Assembly (NCBI GenBank): GCA_004764695.1
Contig: SMSO01000036.1
Location: forward strand, 1,612,001-1,676,000
Source: Schizochytrium sp. TIO01
Lineage: Eukaryota; Protista; Bigyra: Labyrinthulomycetes
DNA length: 64,000 nt
Direction of reading: 5' to 3'
Made by a program: the position numbers and the translations under genes. This document shows positions 13,323 through 24,022 of the stretch, piece after piece (positions within the stretch are counted from its first letter, which is position 1; the number at the start of each line of letters is the position of its first letter). The notes under the pieces were generated by a model that did no database searches, was not told the origin of the DNA, and was given only the letters and a program-made list of their open reading frames with translations.

Positions 13323-13573
13323 CATCGACTCTGAGTGAGTTAGTTCCCCCTCACATTCCTTCATTCATTCCTTCATTCATTCCGCATCACGTTCATCAGC
13401 CGTTCTCTCCGCGGTTCTTCCTCCCTCCCATCCGTTCTTTTTTCCGTTCTTTTACCCCACCACCAGTACCTAGCCGCGCGCTAGCGAGGGACTAGCGGCA
13501 GTAGCGGGGTCCTAGCGCGTCCCGCAAGATCAGTGCGCGGAAGCACCTTAAGCGAGGCACCTTAACTGAGTGC

Positions 13574-13607
<34 letters not shown>

Positions 13608-15336
13608 CTCTGAAGAGAGAGACAGAAAGAGAGAGAGAGTGAGTGGCGGCGAGGCGGAGCGGGTTTAGGGTAGGAGGCATTAGGGGTCCCGTAGGGGCTG
13701 CGGCGCGGGCTGGGAGAGGCAGGAAACAACTTCGCGGCGGCACCGCCTCGGCCAGGCAGGAGCGCGGTCGGCAGCAGCGGCAGCGGCAGCGGCAGCAGCG
13801 GCGGCAGGCAGTAAGTAAGTAAGTAAGTAAGGAGCAGCGACGGCGAGAGGCCGGGCCGCAGAGGGAGCGCCGGCCGGGAGGAAGGGCGACAGCCAGCCAG
13901 CCCCGGCGATTCGGCACGCGAGAAAAAACTCAAACTAAGAAAGAAGAAGAAGTACGTGTAAAAGAAGAAAGCGGAGCGCATCGATCGAGACCAGCCCACG
14001 CACGAGGGCGGGCCTCGGAGCAGCGAGAGAAGGACGGCGAGCGGCAGACAGGCAGGCAGGCAGGCAGGCAGGCAGACAGGCAGGGCCCTGAGCAGCGAGC
14101 CGCAGCGGAAGGCCGAGCAGAGCCAGGCAGGCAGGCAGAAACTTTCCTGGAAAAGGCAAAAAGAACAGAAAGAACAGCGAACTGTGCCAAGCAGGGAGAG
14201 TGCGCCTGCTTACGCCGACCCGTTCTTTCTCCTGGTTGGCCTCCTGATCAAGGGAACATCAACTCGTGGGTCTGAAGGCGGAATAGACTCGGATTCTTTC
14301 AGTCCCTGTTCTACAATATAACATAGAAGAAGGGCACGAGAGGGTTTTTCCTCTTATTCCCCTCTCCTCTGTTTGTTTGTTCCTTTCTTTCTTTCACGGG
14401 TTGTTCTCTCGTGTTATTCTGGGGACACGTGGTCCGGTTTCGCGGAGCACACTGGGAGTGAGTGCCTGAGTGCCTGAGTCTCTTGAATCAAAGTCGAGAG
14501 TAAGAAAGAAAGAAAGATAGAAAGATAGAAAGAAAGCCCGTTCTCTGTCTCGTTGTTCGCTTCTGTTTTTGTTTTTCTTTCTTTCATTCTGTTCTTTCCT
14601 TTCCTCTCCTTTCCCTCCGGTCTTTTGCCTTCCTTCTTTCCTTCTCTTTTGTTTGTTTGTTTTCTTTTTTTCTTTTTTTCCCTTCGGCGCAGTTGAGGAG
14701 GTGGTAACGAACTGACTGACTGACTGACTGACTGACTAACTATTACTAACTAACGAAGTACCTCAGCAATTAGTAAGGGAGAGGATCGACGGGAAGAAAG
14801 AGGGCAGCAAAAGCGGAAAAGGCGGTGGTTAGTGAGCCGCTTAGTCGCGTACTTAGTCAGGGAATCAGTTAGCGTAGCGTAGCGAGCGAGCGAGCGAGGA
14901 TCGTCGATCCCGTTTCAAATTCTAACGCAAGGCGGGCGGCTAGATCGATCATCCACGCTCCCTCCCGCTGCCTGGCTATCTCGTCCTGCCCGCTCCGGTG
15001 TCCTGGGCTTGCTTCTGTTTTCGTTATTGTTTCTGGTATTGTTGTTGTTTGTTTGTTTTTGTTGTTTTTTCCTCTCTCGAGAAGAAGCAGAGGTCATTTG
15101 TTTGTCTTTCTTAACAAGCGAGGTGGAGGGAAAAAAAAGGAGGAAAAACAGAGAGAAATACGAAAGGAGGTCGTAAGAAGCGGCTAGGAAAGACTACGGA
15201 AGAAGAAGAAGAAGCAGCAGCAGCGACGGGGTCGTGGAGAGGCAAGGGAGAGGAGGAGGAGGGCGAGCAGCAGCAGCAGCCGCGGCAAAAGCGAGGAGGG
15301 GGAAAAAACGGAGCACCCCTCGGTTCTTCCTCGCTC

Positions 15337-18300
15337 GTGTTCAGGTGGGTTCAACAGGCCAGCAAGGCCGTGCTCAAGGTTGTGAAGGGCGGCGAGAAGC
15401 AGCCGGGAGAACCAGCAACCGCGTCTGGCACGGACAGCCACGCGGGCTCTACCTGCAGCATCCGCGACGAGGTCTGCAGCAGCGAAGCAAAAGCTTCTTG
15501 TTCCTCTTGTTCCTCTTCTCCTTCTTCTCCATTTGCTGGGAACGTCTGCACGACGGACCGCGAGAATAAGAAGCCCAGCCAGCGCACGGTGCGCGGAAAG
15601 GGTTCAGCTACGATAGATCTTGAAGGACTTGAGGTGGTTGCGTCCAAGGAGGAAGTGGACAAGGAGGTGTCCGAGCAGACCTCCGGAGGCGTAGAACAAC
15701 AGATAGCGGTGGAGGCCTGCAGGGAGGCGCCTTCCCATGCGCGGGGCGCGCCAGGTGACAAGCTCGTTGACCCCGAAGAACAACAGCCCCAACCTCCGAG
15801 CCAGGCGAATTCTGGCAAGGATATGAGCGAGGGGCCCCAAGGTGCAGCTGCTCTAGATTTACCGACCAAGAAGGTAGCTTCTAACCAGAGTGCAGACGTG
15901 ACGCCCTCGCAGGCAGCAGCTTCGAAAGACTCGGAGCAGGAGCAGCCTGCTCCTGCATCGACCGCAGTGTTGAAAACCAGAAAGGCCGAGGACAGCCAAC
16001 AAAGCGGCGAGAATTTGAGCGGAGAACCAGGGCAGAATTGTCTCGAGTCTTCATCTAGCTCGCACGCAGATCTCACAAAAGCCAGAAAAGAGGGACCGGA
16101 AGCGGCCGTGTCAACTAGCACCACGACGCCGAAATCCACAACATCGCCATCGCAGCCAGCCCCGACGACTAGAACGACGGGCGTAGCCACGAGATCGTCG
16201 CCGCGGGCGGCGGCCGCGGCGGCGACGCAACAACAAGCCGTCGAGGGCAACAGCAAAACAAATTGCGCGCAACAGGTCACAACTGCAGAGGCAAGCAGCG
16301 AGGAAACCATGCTATCTGACCCACCTCCCGCAACCGCAGTTCCTGTGCGGGAGCCTGCTTCCGTCACAGAATCAAGCACAACAACTCCACAGCATCAACA
16401 AGCGGTCTCAAACGAAGTTAAGCAAGAGCCGGTATCAAATTCTGCTAATGCACCAACAGCAGGGACAACAGTTGACGCTGTTAGCGCACCGTCAGCACCC
16501 GATTCGCAGAAACAACAGTCCCAAGCAAGCAACCCGCAAAACTCCTCCGGAAATTCACAGGTTGCCGCCACTGCAACAATGCCAACAACAACAGCACCGC
16601 CAACAGCAAGTGCAGCAAACGCTAATGCGAAACCTGGACCAGGTCCTGCTGGGCACCCACAACAACAACAACAACAACAGCAACACACGCCACGATCAGG
16701 AGCAAATGCAGCATCGGCGCGGTCAACGCCTGCAAAATCACCTTCGACAGCGTCAGGTCCTAATACAAGTAATGGAACGGTTACTTCAAGTCCCGCACGA
16801 ACTATGAATAACCAGGTTCCATCACATGGTCACATGAAACAAGAATCTGTTGCACGGACTGCCTCTGCTGGATCAACGAATACAGCTAGCATGGCAAGGA
16901 CCCAGACGGCTCAACAGGCACCTGCTGCTGCAAATGGAACCATCTCTGGGGCCCAGGCAGCTGTATCACAAACGCAAGCCGCACGGACAACACCACCCGC
17001 ACAACATGCCCCACCCTCGGATGGGAAATGGCGAGTTGACGCACAGGCTGATGTGGAACCACGGAGAGTGGTCATTCAGCAAATTGTCAGCTTATTAGAG
17101 TCTTGCAAGCCCAAGGCTTTTGCGCGTCGCCATGAGAAGCTTGTGGATCTCGCACGAAGGCTTGAGGTTGCTCTCTATAAACAGTCCAAAACGAAGGAGG
17201 AGTACATGGATCAAAAAACGTTACGCCAGCGTGTGCGAGAACTCGCTAAGGCGAGCACAGCACAACAGCAGCAACAACAACAGAGGCAAGCGGGGCAACC
17301 CGCAGGTGGTGCAAGGGCTACACCTGCCGCTCGCCCTCAACAACCGTCAACAGCAGCGGCAGCACCCGCAGCACCCGCAGCTGCCTCTCATGTCAATACG
17401 AAACCGACTTCAAATGCACCAGCTGCCGCAGGTGTTACTGTTGCTAAACCACCATCGTCCCCTGCCGTGCAGGCTCCAGCAAATGCAGCCCATGAGATTA
17501 AGGCGCCCGTAGCTGCTGCATCGACTCATCCTGCTGTGAACTCAGCAGCTGCTGCAGCAGCCGCTCGCCAAGCTGCCTACACAAACCAGCAGCAACAGAG
17601 GGTTGCTGCTGCAGCCGCCGCCGCTTCAGCTGCGACGGCCAATGGTACACCTGCTGTTGCTATCCCCCCTAACGCTGCTGCGTATGAAGCAAAGGGTGCC
17701 GGTGATGTTCGTATTAAAGTGAAACCGCCTGCACCAGCGGGGGGCAGCCAGCAAGCAGCAGCCGTAGCGGCAATGCAGCAGCAGCAGCAACAACAACAAC
17801 AACAACAGGCTGCAGCTGCAGCTGCTGGTACCCGCCCAGCATCATCTTCAGCTCATGATAAGGAGCAAATTCTTAAACAAAGGCAACAACGTTTGTTGCT
17901 TTTGCGACATGCTAGTCGCTGTCAAAACCCCGAAGGCACTTGTAAAGTTACGGAGCTCTGTGGACGCATGAAACGTTTGTGGAAGCACATTTCCAAGTGT
18001 AAAGATCCTCGTTGTCCTGAACCTCATTGTGTATCATCTCGCTATGTATTGTCACATTACCATCGTTGCGAGAAAGAAGAATGCCCTGTTTGTAAACCTG
18101 TCCGCCTCATCTCAGCATCACAACGTAGTCAGGCTCTTGCTGCCCAGCGTAAGCAGCAACAACAATTACAGGGCCTTGGTCAGCCAAGTTCCGGTGGAGC
18201 TGTACAACCAGGAGTGGCAGTGGCGCCTAGTTCTTCTGCATCTTCAGCAGCTGCATCACAAACTGCTGTAACATCCCCAGCTGCTGCTGCTGCTGCTGCT

Positions 18301-21300
18301 CCGGTAGTCACAGGCGCAACCTCCACACCGAAGCTTGCAGCTGCAAGTACTGCTGTCCCTCCTGTTGTTTTGCGACGTCCCGATGGTAGTGTTGTCAATG
18401 ACCCGGCGGTTCTTGCAAGGTATAATAACCTCTCTAGGCAACAACAACAGGCCCTGGCATTGCGTCAACAACAACAGAGCAACCAGTTAGCATTGCAACG
18501 TCAGCGCGTTTTGCAGCAGCGGCAACAGCTGCTGGCAAAGGAACAACGTGCGCAGTTTCCAAATGCTATCGATCCAACTAAAGCTCGCCACTGTAAGTCT
18601 GGCACTGGGCCTTCTTTGCCGTTCAGTATGTCTCGTAGAAGCGTTGAAAAGCACATCGAATCTCTCCGTGTTGAACGATTGCAGCCAAACCTTCGCCCAC
18701 TCTTGCGAAAACTTATTGAACACAAATCCAACAAAGGCATTTACAATGCCCCTGTGGATTGGAAGGCCATGAATATTCCGGACTATCCACGAATTATCAA
18801 AACTCCAATGGATCTTGGCACAATTCGCAAGCGTCTTGATGCTTCCTATTACACAACCCTGGACCAATTTAAAAACGACATTGTGCTTACTTTCAAGAAT
18901 GCAATGACCTTTAACCCTCCTGAAAATGAGTACCATACACGTGCTGCAGACTTGCTCAAGGTAGCACATAAAGAGTTTCCGCTGATCCTAAACAAGATTG
19001 AGCGAAATGGCAGGCCCAAAAACCAAGACTGTCAGCTTTGTCGTCAATCTGTTTGTGAACAATGTCCTTTATGTGAGCGGGGCTGCATTCCTTTCCAGCC
19101 GAAACTCCTATTTTGCTCGGGAACCTGTGGCAAACGTATCCAGCCCAATAGCGTATACTATACGGGTGTTGGGTACAACTATTGCTGGTGCAGTGACTGT
19201 TATGACAAAGCTCGTACCGGTGTTCTTTCAGTTAATGGCCAGTCCTATAACAAAGACAGTTTGACAAAGAAAAAGAACAACGAACTTTACGGTGAGCCTT
19301 GGGTATCCTGTGATAAATGTGACCGCTGGGTGCATCAGATTTGTGCGCTATTCAACTCACGTAAGAACAGCCTCACATCCTCACAGGATTACATTTGCCC
19401 TCTCTGTCTCATCGAGGAATCAAAACTTGGTGAAATAGAACGAGCAAACGAGTCCAAGTCCAAGTCTGGTGGAGGCAAGAAGGCAGCAGCTGCAGCAACT
19501 GAGGAAACTAAACCCAAGCCTGAACAGGCTACTGTAGCGAAAGATGCCAAGGATGAAAAGCCAACTACAGGAGACGATGCTACACGTGCGAAGGGAAAGT
19601 ACAAGCATTTTGTCCTTCCTGCTGGCAAGCGGGTACCGAGTGCAAGAGAGCTTGATCAATCTCGCCTTGGCGTATTTCTGGAAAAATGGCTTCGTAACTG
19701 TATTACTGAATTCCGCACTAGGGAGATGGAGCGCAAACCTGACATTTCTGACTATGAGCTTGGACCTGATGCGGACAAACTGCATGTTCGCATCCTGTCC
19801 AATTTTGATGAAAAGTGCCAGGTGAAGCCTTTTGTGAAACGACTTATCCCGGAGTATCCTGATGCTTTTCCATTCCGTTCACGTTGTATTTTCTTGTTCC
19901 AAGAACTCAATGGTGTTGACGTTCTCTTCTTTGCAATGTTTGTCCAAGAATACGGATCTGAGTGCCCTGAACCGAACCGTCGCAAGATTTACATCGCTTA
20001 CCTTGATTCTGTGTATTATTTCCAACCCCGCAGAATGCGTACAACCGTGTATCATGAGCTTCTTCTCGGGTATCTTGAATACATGCGTCGCATGGGCATG
20101 ACATCAACGTACATTTGGGCATGTCCTCCTCCTAACAAACGTGATGATTACATTATCCACTGCCATCCTGAAGATCAGCGTGTGCAAACACCTGAACGTT
20201 TACGAAAATGGTATCATGATATGATCAAGGTTGGTGCTGATCGAAGGATTTTTATGGGTTCGTGTGCTATGTTTGAGGAGCACTTCGAAGGTTCTGCTCG
20301 TACAAACCAGAAGAAGAGCAAATCTAAATCTAAAAAGCGCTCGAGCAAGTCTAAGTCCAAGTCTAAGTCAAAGAGCAGCAAAAAGGGAAAGAAGAGTAGT
20401 GGTCGAAAGGGTACCTCAACACGCCGTGTGAGCGGAGCAGCTGCCGCGGCTGCTGCTGCTGCTGCTGCTGCTGCCGAAGCAAAAGCAGCTGCCGAGGCCG
20501 CAGAGGCAGAGACTGAAGCGAAGAACGGGGACGGCGAAAACGAGAATAACGAGGATGACAATAACGATGAGGCACTTGGACTTCTTGCTGATGTTCCCGA
20601 TATGGACGGTGATGATGATGAGGAAGACGATGATGCGAACACCGAAGCAAAGGCGACACCTGAAGATGGCGTTCCGCTGAGTGAAGCAGACAAAGCTAAA
20701 GCCATTGCTGAGGCTGCAGGTGTTACTTTTCTTACACCAGCCAATGGGGTTCGTGCTGGTGATGATCGCATGCTTGCAGAAGACTTGGAACGCCGAAAGC
20801 TTACGAAACTTGCTGCTTCCGGTAATTTGCCTTACTTTGAGGGCGATTACTGGCCTCAAGAAGCCGAAGAACTTGCGAAGGAGCGTGCTAGACAAAAGAA
20901 GAAGGATGAAGATGGAAAGGGTGGTCGTAGTAAGCGAAAGCGTCGTCGCGCTGGGGAAGAAGCTGAAGAAAAGACCGAAGAAGCTGAACCTGAGGAAAAA
21001 CCTGTTGCAGAACTTGCTGTTGAGCTTTCTGAAGAGGAGGCTGTAGAGGCTCGTGTTCAACTAATGCAGCGACTTGCCCAACAACTTGAGGTCATGAAGG
21101 ATGATTTCCTGGTTGTCAAAATGGCGCACGAGTGCTCCCGATGCGGAAAGTATCTGCTTCGGGGACGATGGGAATGCCGCCATCCTTCATGCCTTGAGGA
21201 GTTCGGCTTTAATAAATCTTGTCCATTCGCTCTGTGTAATAGTTGCTACATTCTCGAATCGAAACGCCCAAAGGAACAACAACACGGTGGAGGTTGTATT

Positions 21301-23229
21301 GCTGATGGTGAAGCTGGTAGGCCAAAATCTGTTTCAGAAGAAGCGGACAAGGACGCTGGTAAAGACCAGGAGGTGATCGACGTAAACGTTGAGTTCAAAC
21401 GCAAGGAGCGCGAGCGCGAAGAGAAGGATGCTAGAGAAAAGGCAAAACGCGATGCTGAGATTAAAAAGAAGAAGGAGGCCAGAGAAAAAGCAAACGGCAA
21501 CCCTGATCAGAAGAAGGTCAAAGTAGAGGCTTCTGCAGCCGATGCTAAAGAGGCTACAGCTGGAAACTCTTCCGCACCATCAGCATTAGGGGATACTTCA
21601 AAGAGCTTGGGTAGCGAGGTGGCAAACTTGGAGATGAAGAAAGAGCCTGGCGATAATACAAAATCTGTTAGTGCTTCCGGGTCTGTAAAACGCAGCGCTC
21701 CGGAGAGCACTTCGGTAGTCAAACCAATTTCTTCATCTTCCGTCTCTGAAACGAAGGTAGATCCACCAGCAAAGCCGAATGGATTGTCCCGAGCAAAAGA
21801 GGTGAATAATGAAGCTAAGAAGGCAGAATCGTCGCCGGCAGCTGCTGTGGAAGTTGATGAGCAGAGCCAGCAGGTAGTGAAGAAGCAAAAGGTCTCAGAA
21901 ACCTCGTCCAAGGTAATTGAAACCTCGGCTAACAGTTCTTCAACCACTCAGGCTGGGGACAAAACCAAGTCACAAGACGAGAAAGGAATAACAAACAAGG
22001 CCGAAGATGGTAAGAAGCACTCCGATGCGGAAGACGAGGATAAGAAAAAGGAACTTCTCGCTGAATGGGAGAAGCAAAGCATTGAGTGTACTCGTGCTCC
22101 TGTTCACAGCCCGTCTGAAGATCATATTCTTCACTACGTGGATGAAAATCTTCCTGTGCAGACTCCTGACTACGACAAGATTATTAAGAACCATTTGCTT
22201 GAATCTCGCCACGCTTTTCTATCTCTGTGTACGGGGAACCGTTACCAGTTTGACCAGCAACGTCGAGCCAAGCATTCAACAATGATGGTTCTCTATCATC
22301 TTCACAACCCAGATGCACCAGCTCATCTTTACACGTGCTTTGAGTGTCACAATGATATTCTTACAGGAAAGCGCTACCACTGTGATGTCTGTAACGGAGG
22401 TGATTACGATATCTGTATTCATTGTAAGAGACAGACGCGCCACGATCATACTCTCACACCCTTTGTTGTTACCCGTGGTGTTCAGGCAGAAACGTCAGAA
22501 TCGCAACGGATGCAACGTGTCCAGGAGATGCAGAGAGCTCGCCAACACTCCCTCACGCTATTCTTGGATGCATTGGTGCACTCTTCTCAGTGTGACGACC
22601 CTCAGTGCACAAAGGCTCCTTGCAAGAAGATGAAGGACTTGCTCAAACATCGTATGACTTGCGAAGTTCGAGTTCGTGGTGGCTGCGAAATATGTCGCCG
22701 TGTACTTTGCCTTGTGCAAATGCACGCTCGTAACTGTACCACTGTGAATTGTCGTGTACCACACTGCGAGGACCTCAAGGTCCACATCAACAAACACAAA
22801 CAGCAAATGCAGCTCGCTCGCCAACCGGCGGGTGATGCTGCTCCAGGTGCATCTGCTTCGACTGCAGCTCCGGCTGCACGTTCACAGCAGCAGCCGCAGC
22901 AGCAGCCGCAGCAACTTACTCAACAGCAGTTGCAACATCAACATCAACTGCTTCAACAGCGACAACGCCAGCTGCAGGCTCAGGCTCAAGCCCTTGCCCA
23001 AGCTCAGGCCCGTGGTGCGCGTGGCAACCGCGCACCCCGTACAGTAGGGGCTGCTGCCCAAGCCATCACTCAAGCCGGACAGCAAATCCAAGCTACTGTA
23101 GTAGAAGGAAGTGGAGGAACAAAAATCAAGATTCGTCCAACTAATTTGAAGCCTTCGAACACAACGGCACCTCCTGCTTCAGGATCTAACTCCCGTGCCC
23201 CGCGTGGCCAACGGAACGCGCGAAGATAA
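15337..23229 (+). CDS. CBP/p300-family (KAT3) histone acetyltransferase; start uncertain (frame open from 15115, first in-frame ATG 15823, next 16309)
   Basis: Ordered domains: KIX/Med15-like WR...LARRLEVALYKQSKTKEEYMD (about 17030-17245); TAZ (LLLLRHASRC...HC...HYHRC, about 17875-18105); bromodomain (PVD...IPDYPRIIKTPMDLGTI...NAMTFN, about 18690-18990); Cys-rich RING plus PHD (WVSCDKCDRWVHQIC); KAT11 HAT (YLDSV, YIWACPP, DDYIIHCHP, LRKWY, LPYFEGDYWP, RRAKHSTMM); two ZZ fingers; second TAZ; polyQ/polyA linkers. Confidence 0.96.
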   Translation: MFRWVQQASKAVLKVVKGGEKQPGEPATASGTDSHAGSTCSIRDEVCSSEAKASCSSCSSSPSSPFAGNVCTTDRENKKPSQRTVRGKGSATIDLEGLEVVASKEEVDKEVSEQTSGGVEQQIAVEACREAPSHARGAPGDKLVDPEEQQPQPPSQANSGKDMSEGPQGAAALDLPTKKVASNQSADVTPSQAAASKDSEQEQPAPASTAVLKTRKAEDSQQSGENLSGEPGQNCLESSSSSHADLTKARKEGPEAAVSTSTTTPKSTTSPSQPAPTTRTTGVATRSSPRAAAAAATQQQAVEGNSKTNCAQQVTTAEASSEETMLSDPPPATAVPVREPASVTESSTTTPQHQQAVSNEVKQEPVSNSANAPTAGTTVDAVSAPSAPDSQKQQSQASNPQNSSGNSQVAATATMPTTTAPPTASAANANAKPGPGPAGHPQQQQQQQQHTPRSGANAASARSTPAKSPSTASGPNTSNGTVTSSPARTMNNQVPSHGHMKQESVARTASAGSTNTASMARTQTAQQAPAAANGTISGAQAAVSQTQAARTTPPAQHAPPSDGKWRVDAQADVEPRRVVIQQIVSLLESCKPKAFARRHEKLVDLARRLEVALYKQSKTKEEYMDQKTLRQRVRELAKASTAQQQQQQQRQAGQPAGGARATPAARPQQPSTAAAAPAAPAAASHVNTKPTSNAPAAAGVTVAKPPSSPAVQAPANAAHEIKAPVAAASTHPAVNSAAAAAAARQAAYTNQQQQRVAAAAAAASAATANGTPAVAIPPNAAAYEAKGAGDVRIKVKPPAPAGGSQQAAAVAAMQQQQQQQQQQQAAAAAAGTRPASSSAHDKEQILKQRQQRLLLLRHASRCQNPEGTCKVTELCGRMKRLWKHISKCKDPRCPEPHCVSSRYVLSHYHRCEKEECPVCKPVRLISASQRSQALAAQRKQQQQLQGLGQPSSGGAVQPGVAVAPSSSASSAAASQTAVTSPAAAAAAAPVVTGATSTPKLAAASTAVPPVVLRRPDGSVVNDPAVLARYNNLSRQQQQALALRQQQQSNQLALQRQRVLQQRQQLLAKEQRAQFPNAIDPTKARHCKSGTGPSLPFSMSRRSVEKHIESLRVERLQPNLRPLLRKLIEHKSNKGIYNAPVDWKAMNIPDYPRIIKTPMDLGTIRKRLDASYYTTLDQFKNDIVLTFKNAMTFNPPENEYHTRAADLLKVAHKEFPLILNKIERNGRPKNQDCQLCRQSVCEQCPLCERGCIPFQPKLLFCSGTCGKRIQPNSVYYTGVGYNYCWCSDCYDKARTGVLSVNGQSYNKDSLTKKKNNELYGEPWVSCDKCDRWVHQICALFNSRKNSLTSSQDYICPLCLIEESKLGEIERANESKSKSGGGKKAAAAATEETKPKPEQATVAKDAKDEKPTTGDDATRAKGKYKHFVLPAGKRVPSARELDQSRLGVFLEKWLRNCITEFRTREMERKPDISDYELGPDADKLHVRILSNFDEKCQVKPFVKRLIPEYPDAFPFRSRCIFLFQELNGVDVLFFAMFVQEYGSECPEPNRRKIYIAYLDSVYYFQPRRMRTTVYHELLLGYLEYMRRMGMTSTYIWACPPPNKRDDYIIHCHPEDQRVQTPERLRKWYHDMIKVGADRRIFMGSCAMFEEHFEGSARTNQKKSKSKSKKRSSKSKSKSKSKSSKKGKKSSGRKGTSTRRVSGAAAAAAAAAAAAAEAKAAAEAAEAETEAKNGDGENENNEDDNNDEALGLLADVPDMDGDDDEEDDDANTEAKATPEDGVPLSEADKAKAIAEAAGVTFLTPANGVRAGDDRMLAEDLERRKLTKLAASGNLPYFEGDYWPQEAEELAKERARQKKKDEDGKGGRSKRKRRRAGEEAEEKTEEAEPEEKPVAELAVELSEEEAVEARVQLMQRLAQQLEVMKDDFLVVKMAHECSRCGKYLLRGRWECRHPSCLEEFGFNKSCPFALCNSCYILESKRPKEQQHGGGCIADGEAGRPKSVSEEADKDAGKDQEVIDVNVEFKRKEREREEKDAREKAKRDAEIKKKKEAREKANGNPDQKKVKVEASAADAKEATAGNSSAPSALGDTSKSLGSEVANLEMKKEPGDNTKSVSASGSVKRSAPESTSVVKPISSSSVSETKVDPPAKPNGLSRAKEVNNEAKKAESSPAAAVEVDEQSQQVVKKQKVSETSSKVIETSANSSSTTQAGDKTKSQDEKGITNKAEDGKKHSDAEDEDKKKELLAEWEKQSIECTRAPVHSPSEDHILHYVDENLPVQTPDYDKIIKNHLLESRHAFLSLCTGNRYQFDQQRRAKHSTMMVLYHLHNPDAPAHLYTCFECHNDILTGKRYHCDVCNGGDYDICIHCKRQTRHDHTLTPFVVTRGVQAETSESQRMQRVQEMQRARQHSLTLFLDALVHSSQCDDPQCTKAPCKKMKDLLKHRMTCEVRVRGGCEICRRVLCLVQMHARNCTTVNCRVPHCEDLKVHINKHKQQMQLARQPAGDAAPGASASTAAPAARSQQQPQQQPQQLTQQQLQHQHQLLQQRQRQLQAQAQALAQAQARGARGNRAPRTVGAAAQAITQAGQQIQATVVEGSGGTKIKIRPTNLKPSNTTAPPASGSNSRAPRGQRNARR

Positions 23230-24022
23230 TTGTTTTTATTGATTGATTGATAAGAAAAACAAACTTGCTCATGAATTTGATCAGAATATTTTTTGTGAAA
23301 ACGTTTCATTTCTAAAGCGGAACTTGCTCTTACTCTCTCATCTTGGCAAAGTAAATCCATCCGGTTAATGAGTGTATGTATGCTCTTCATCTTGTCGAGA
23401 TCCTGCACAGCTCGCGCGAAAGTTTTACCACTGTGTTTAATAAAAAACAAACGTCTGCTTTTCGTACAATATATCTCATGGAAAATATTCTGTTACTTTT
23501 TTTCTCCCCTGTTTTCTTTGGGATCCTATGACACACCAAAATGCCAAAAGAAAGAAGTAAAACTTTTAGACAATCTGAAATTGTGGTTATTTTTTCTTGA
23601 ACCGTATTTTGCATCTGCAGAATACCAAAAGAAACCTGTGTACCAGAAGTTATTGTACTTCAGTTGTGTTGATAAGGCACAATTAAGTATCTGATGAACT
23701 GATCAAAAGAAACTTTATTGATTCATTTCAAAGACTAGGAAAAGTATATGCTTCGTGGTCGAAATCCTTGCCGTCTAACAACAAATGTGGAGAGAAATAT
23801 CAAGTTCGAAAGAAAAAAGAAATATTTTGGCGATTCGGTTGTTTTGCTACATCTGAGACCATTTTGTACAGGCAATCACCAGCCTGAAGATAATTCCTGT
23901 TCTTGTTTTCTAAAATCTATAAATCCATTGAAACATTCGAGGTGATGAAGAAGTTGGTATTGCTCGTCAGCGTATTCATCTTATGAGCTTGGAAATGGAT
24001 ATTTGCTCTGAGCATGACATCT

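Noticed and set aside
15351-16379. 342-aa antisense ORF (and other antisense ORFs) within CBP
   Set aside because: Shadow frames of a codon-biased, low-complexity CDS.
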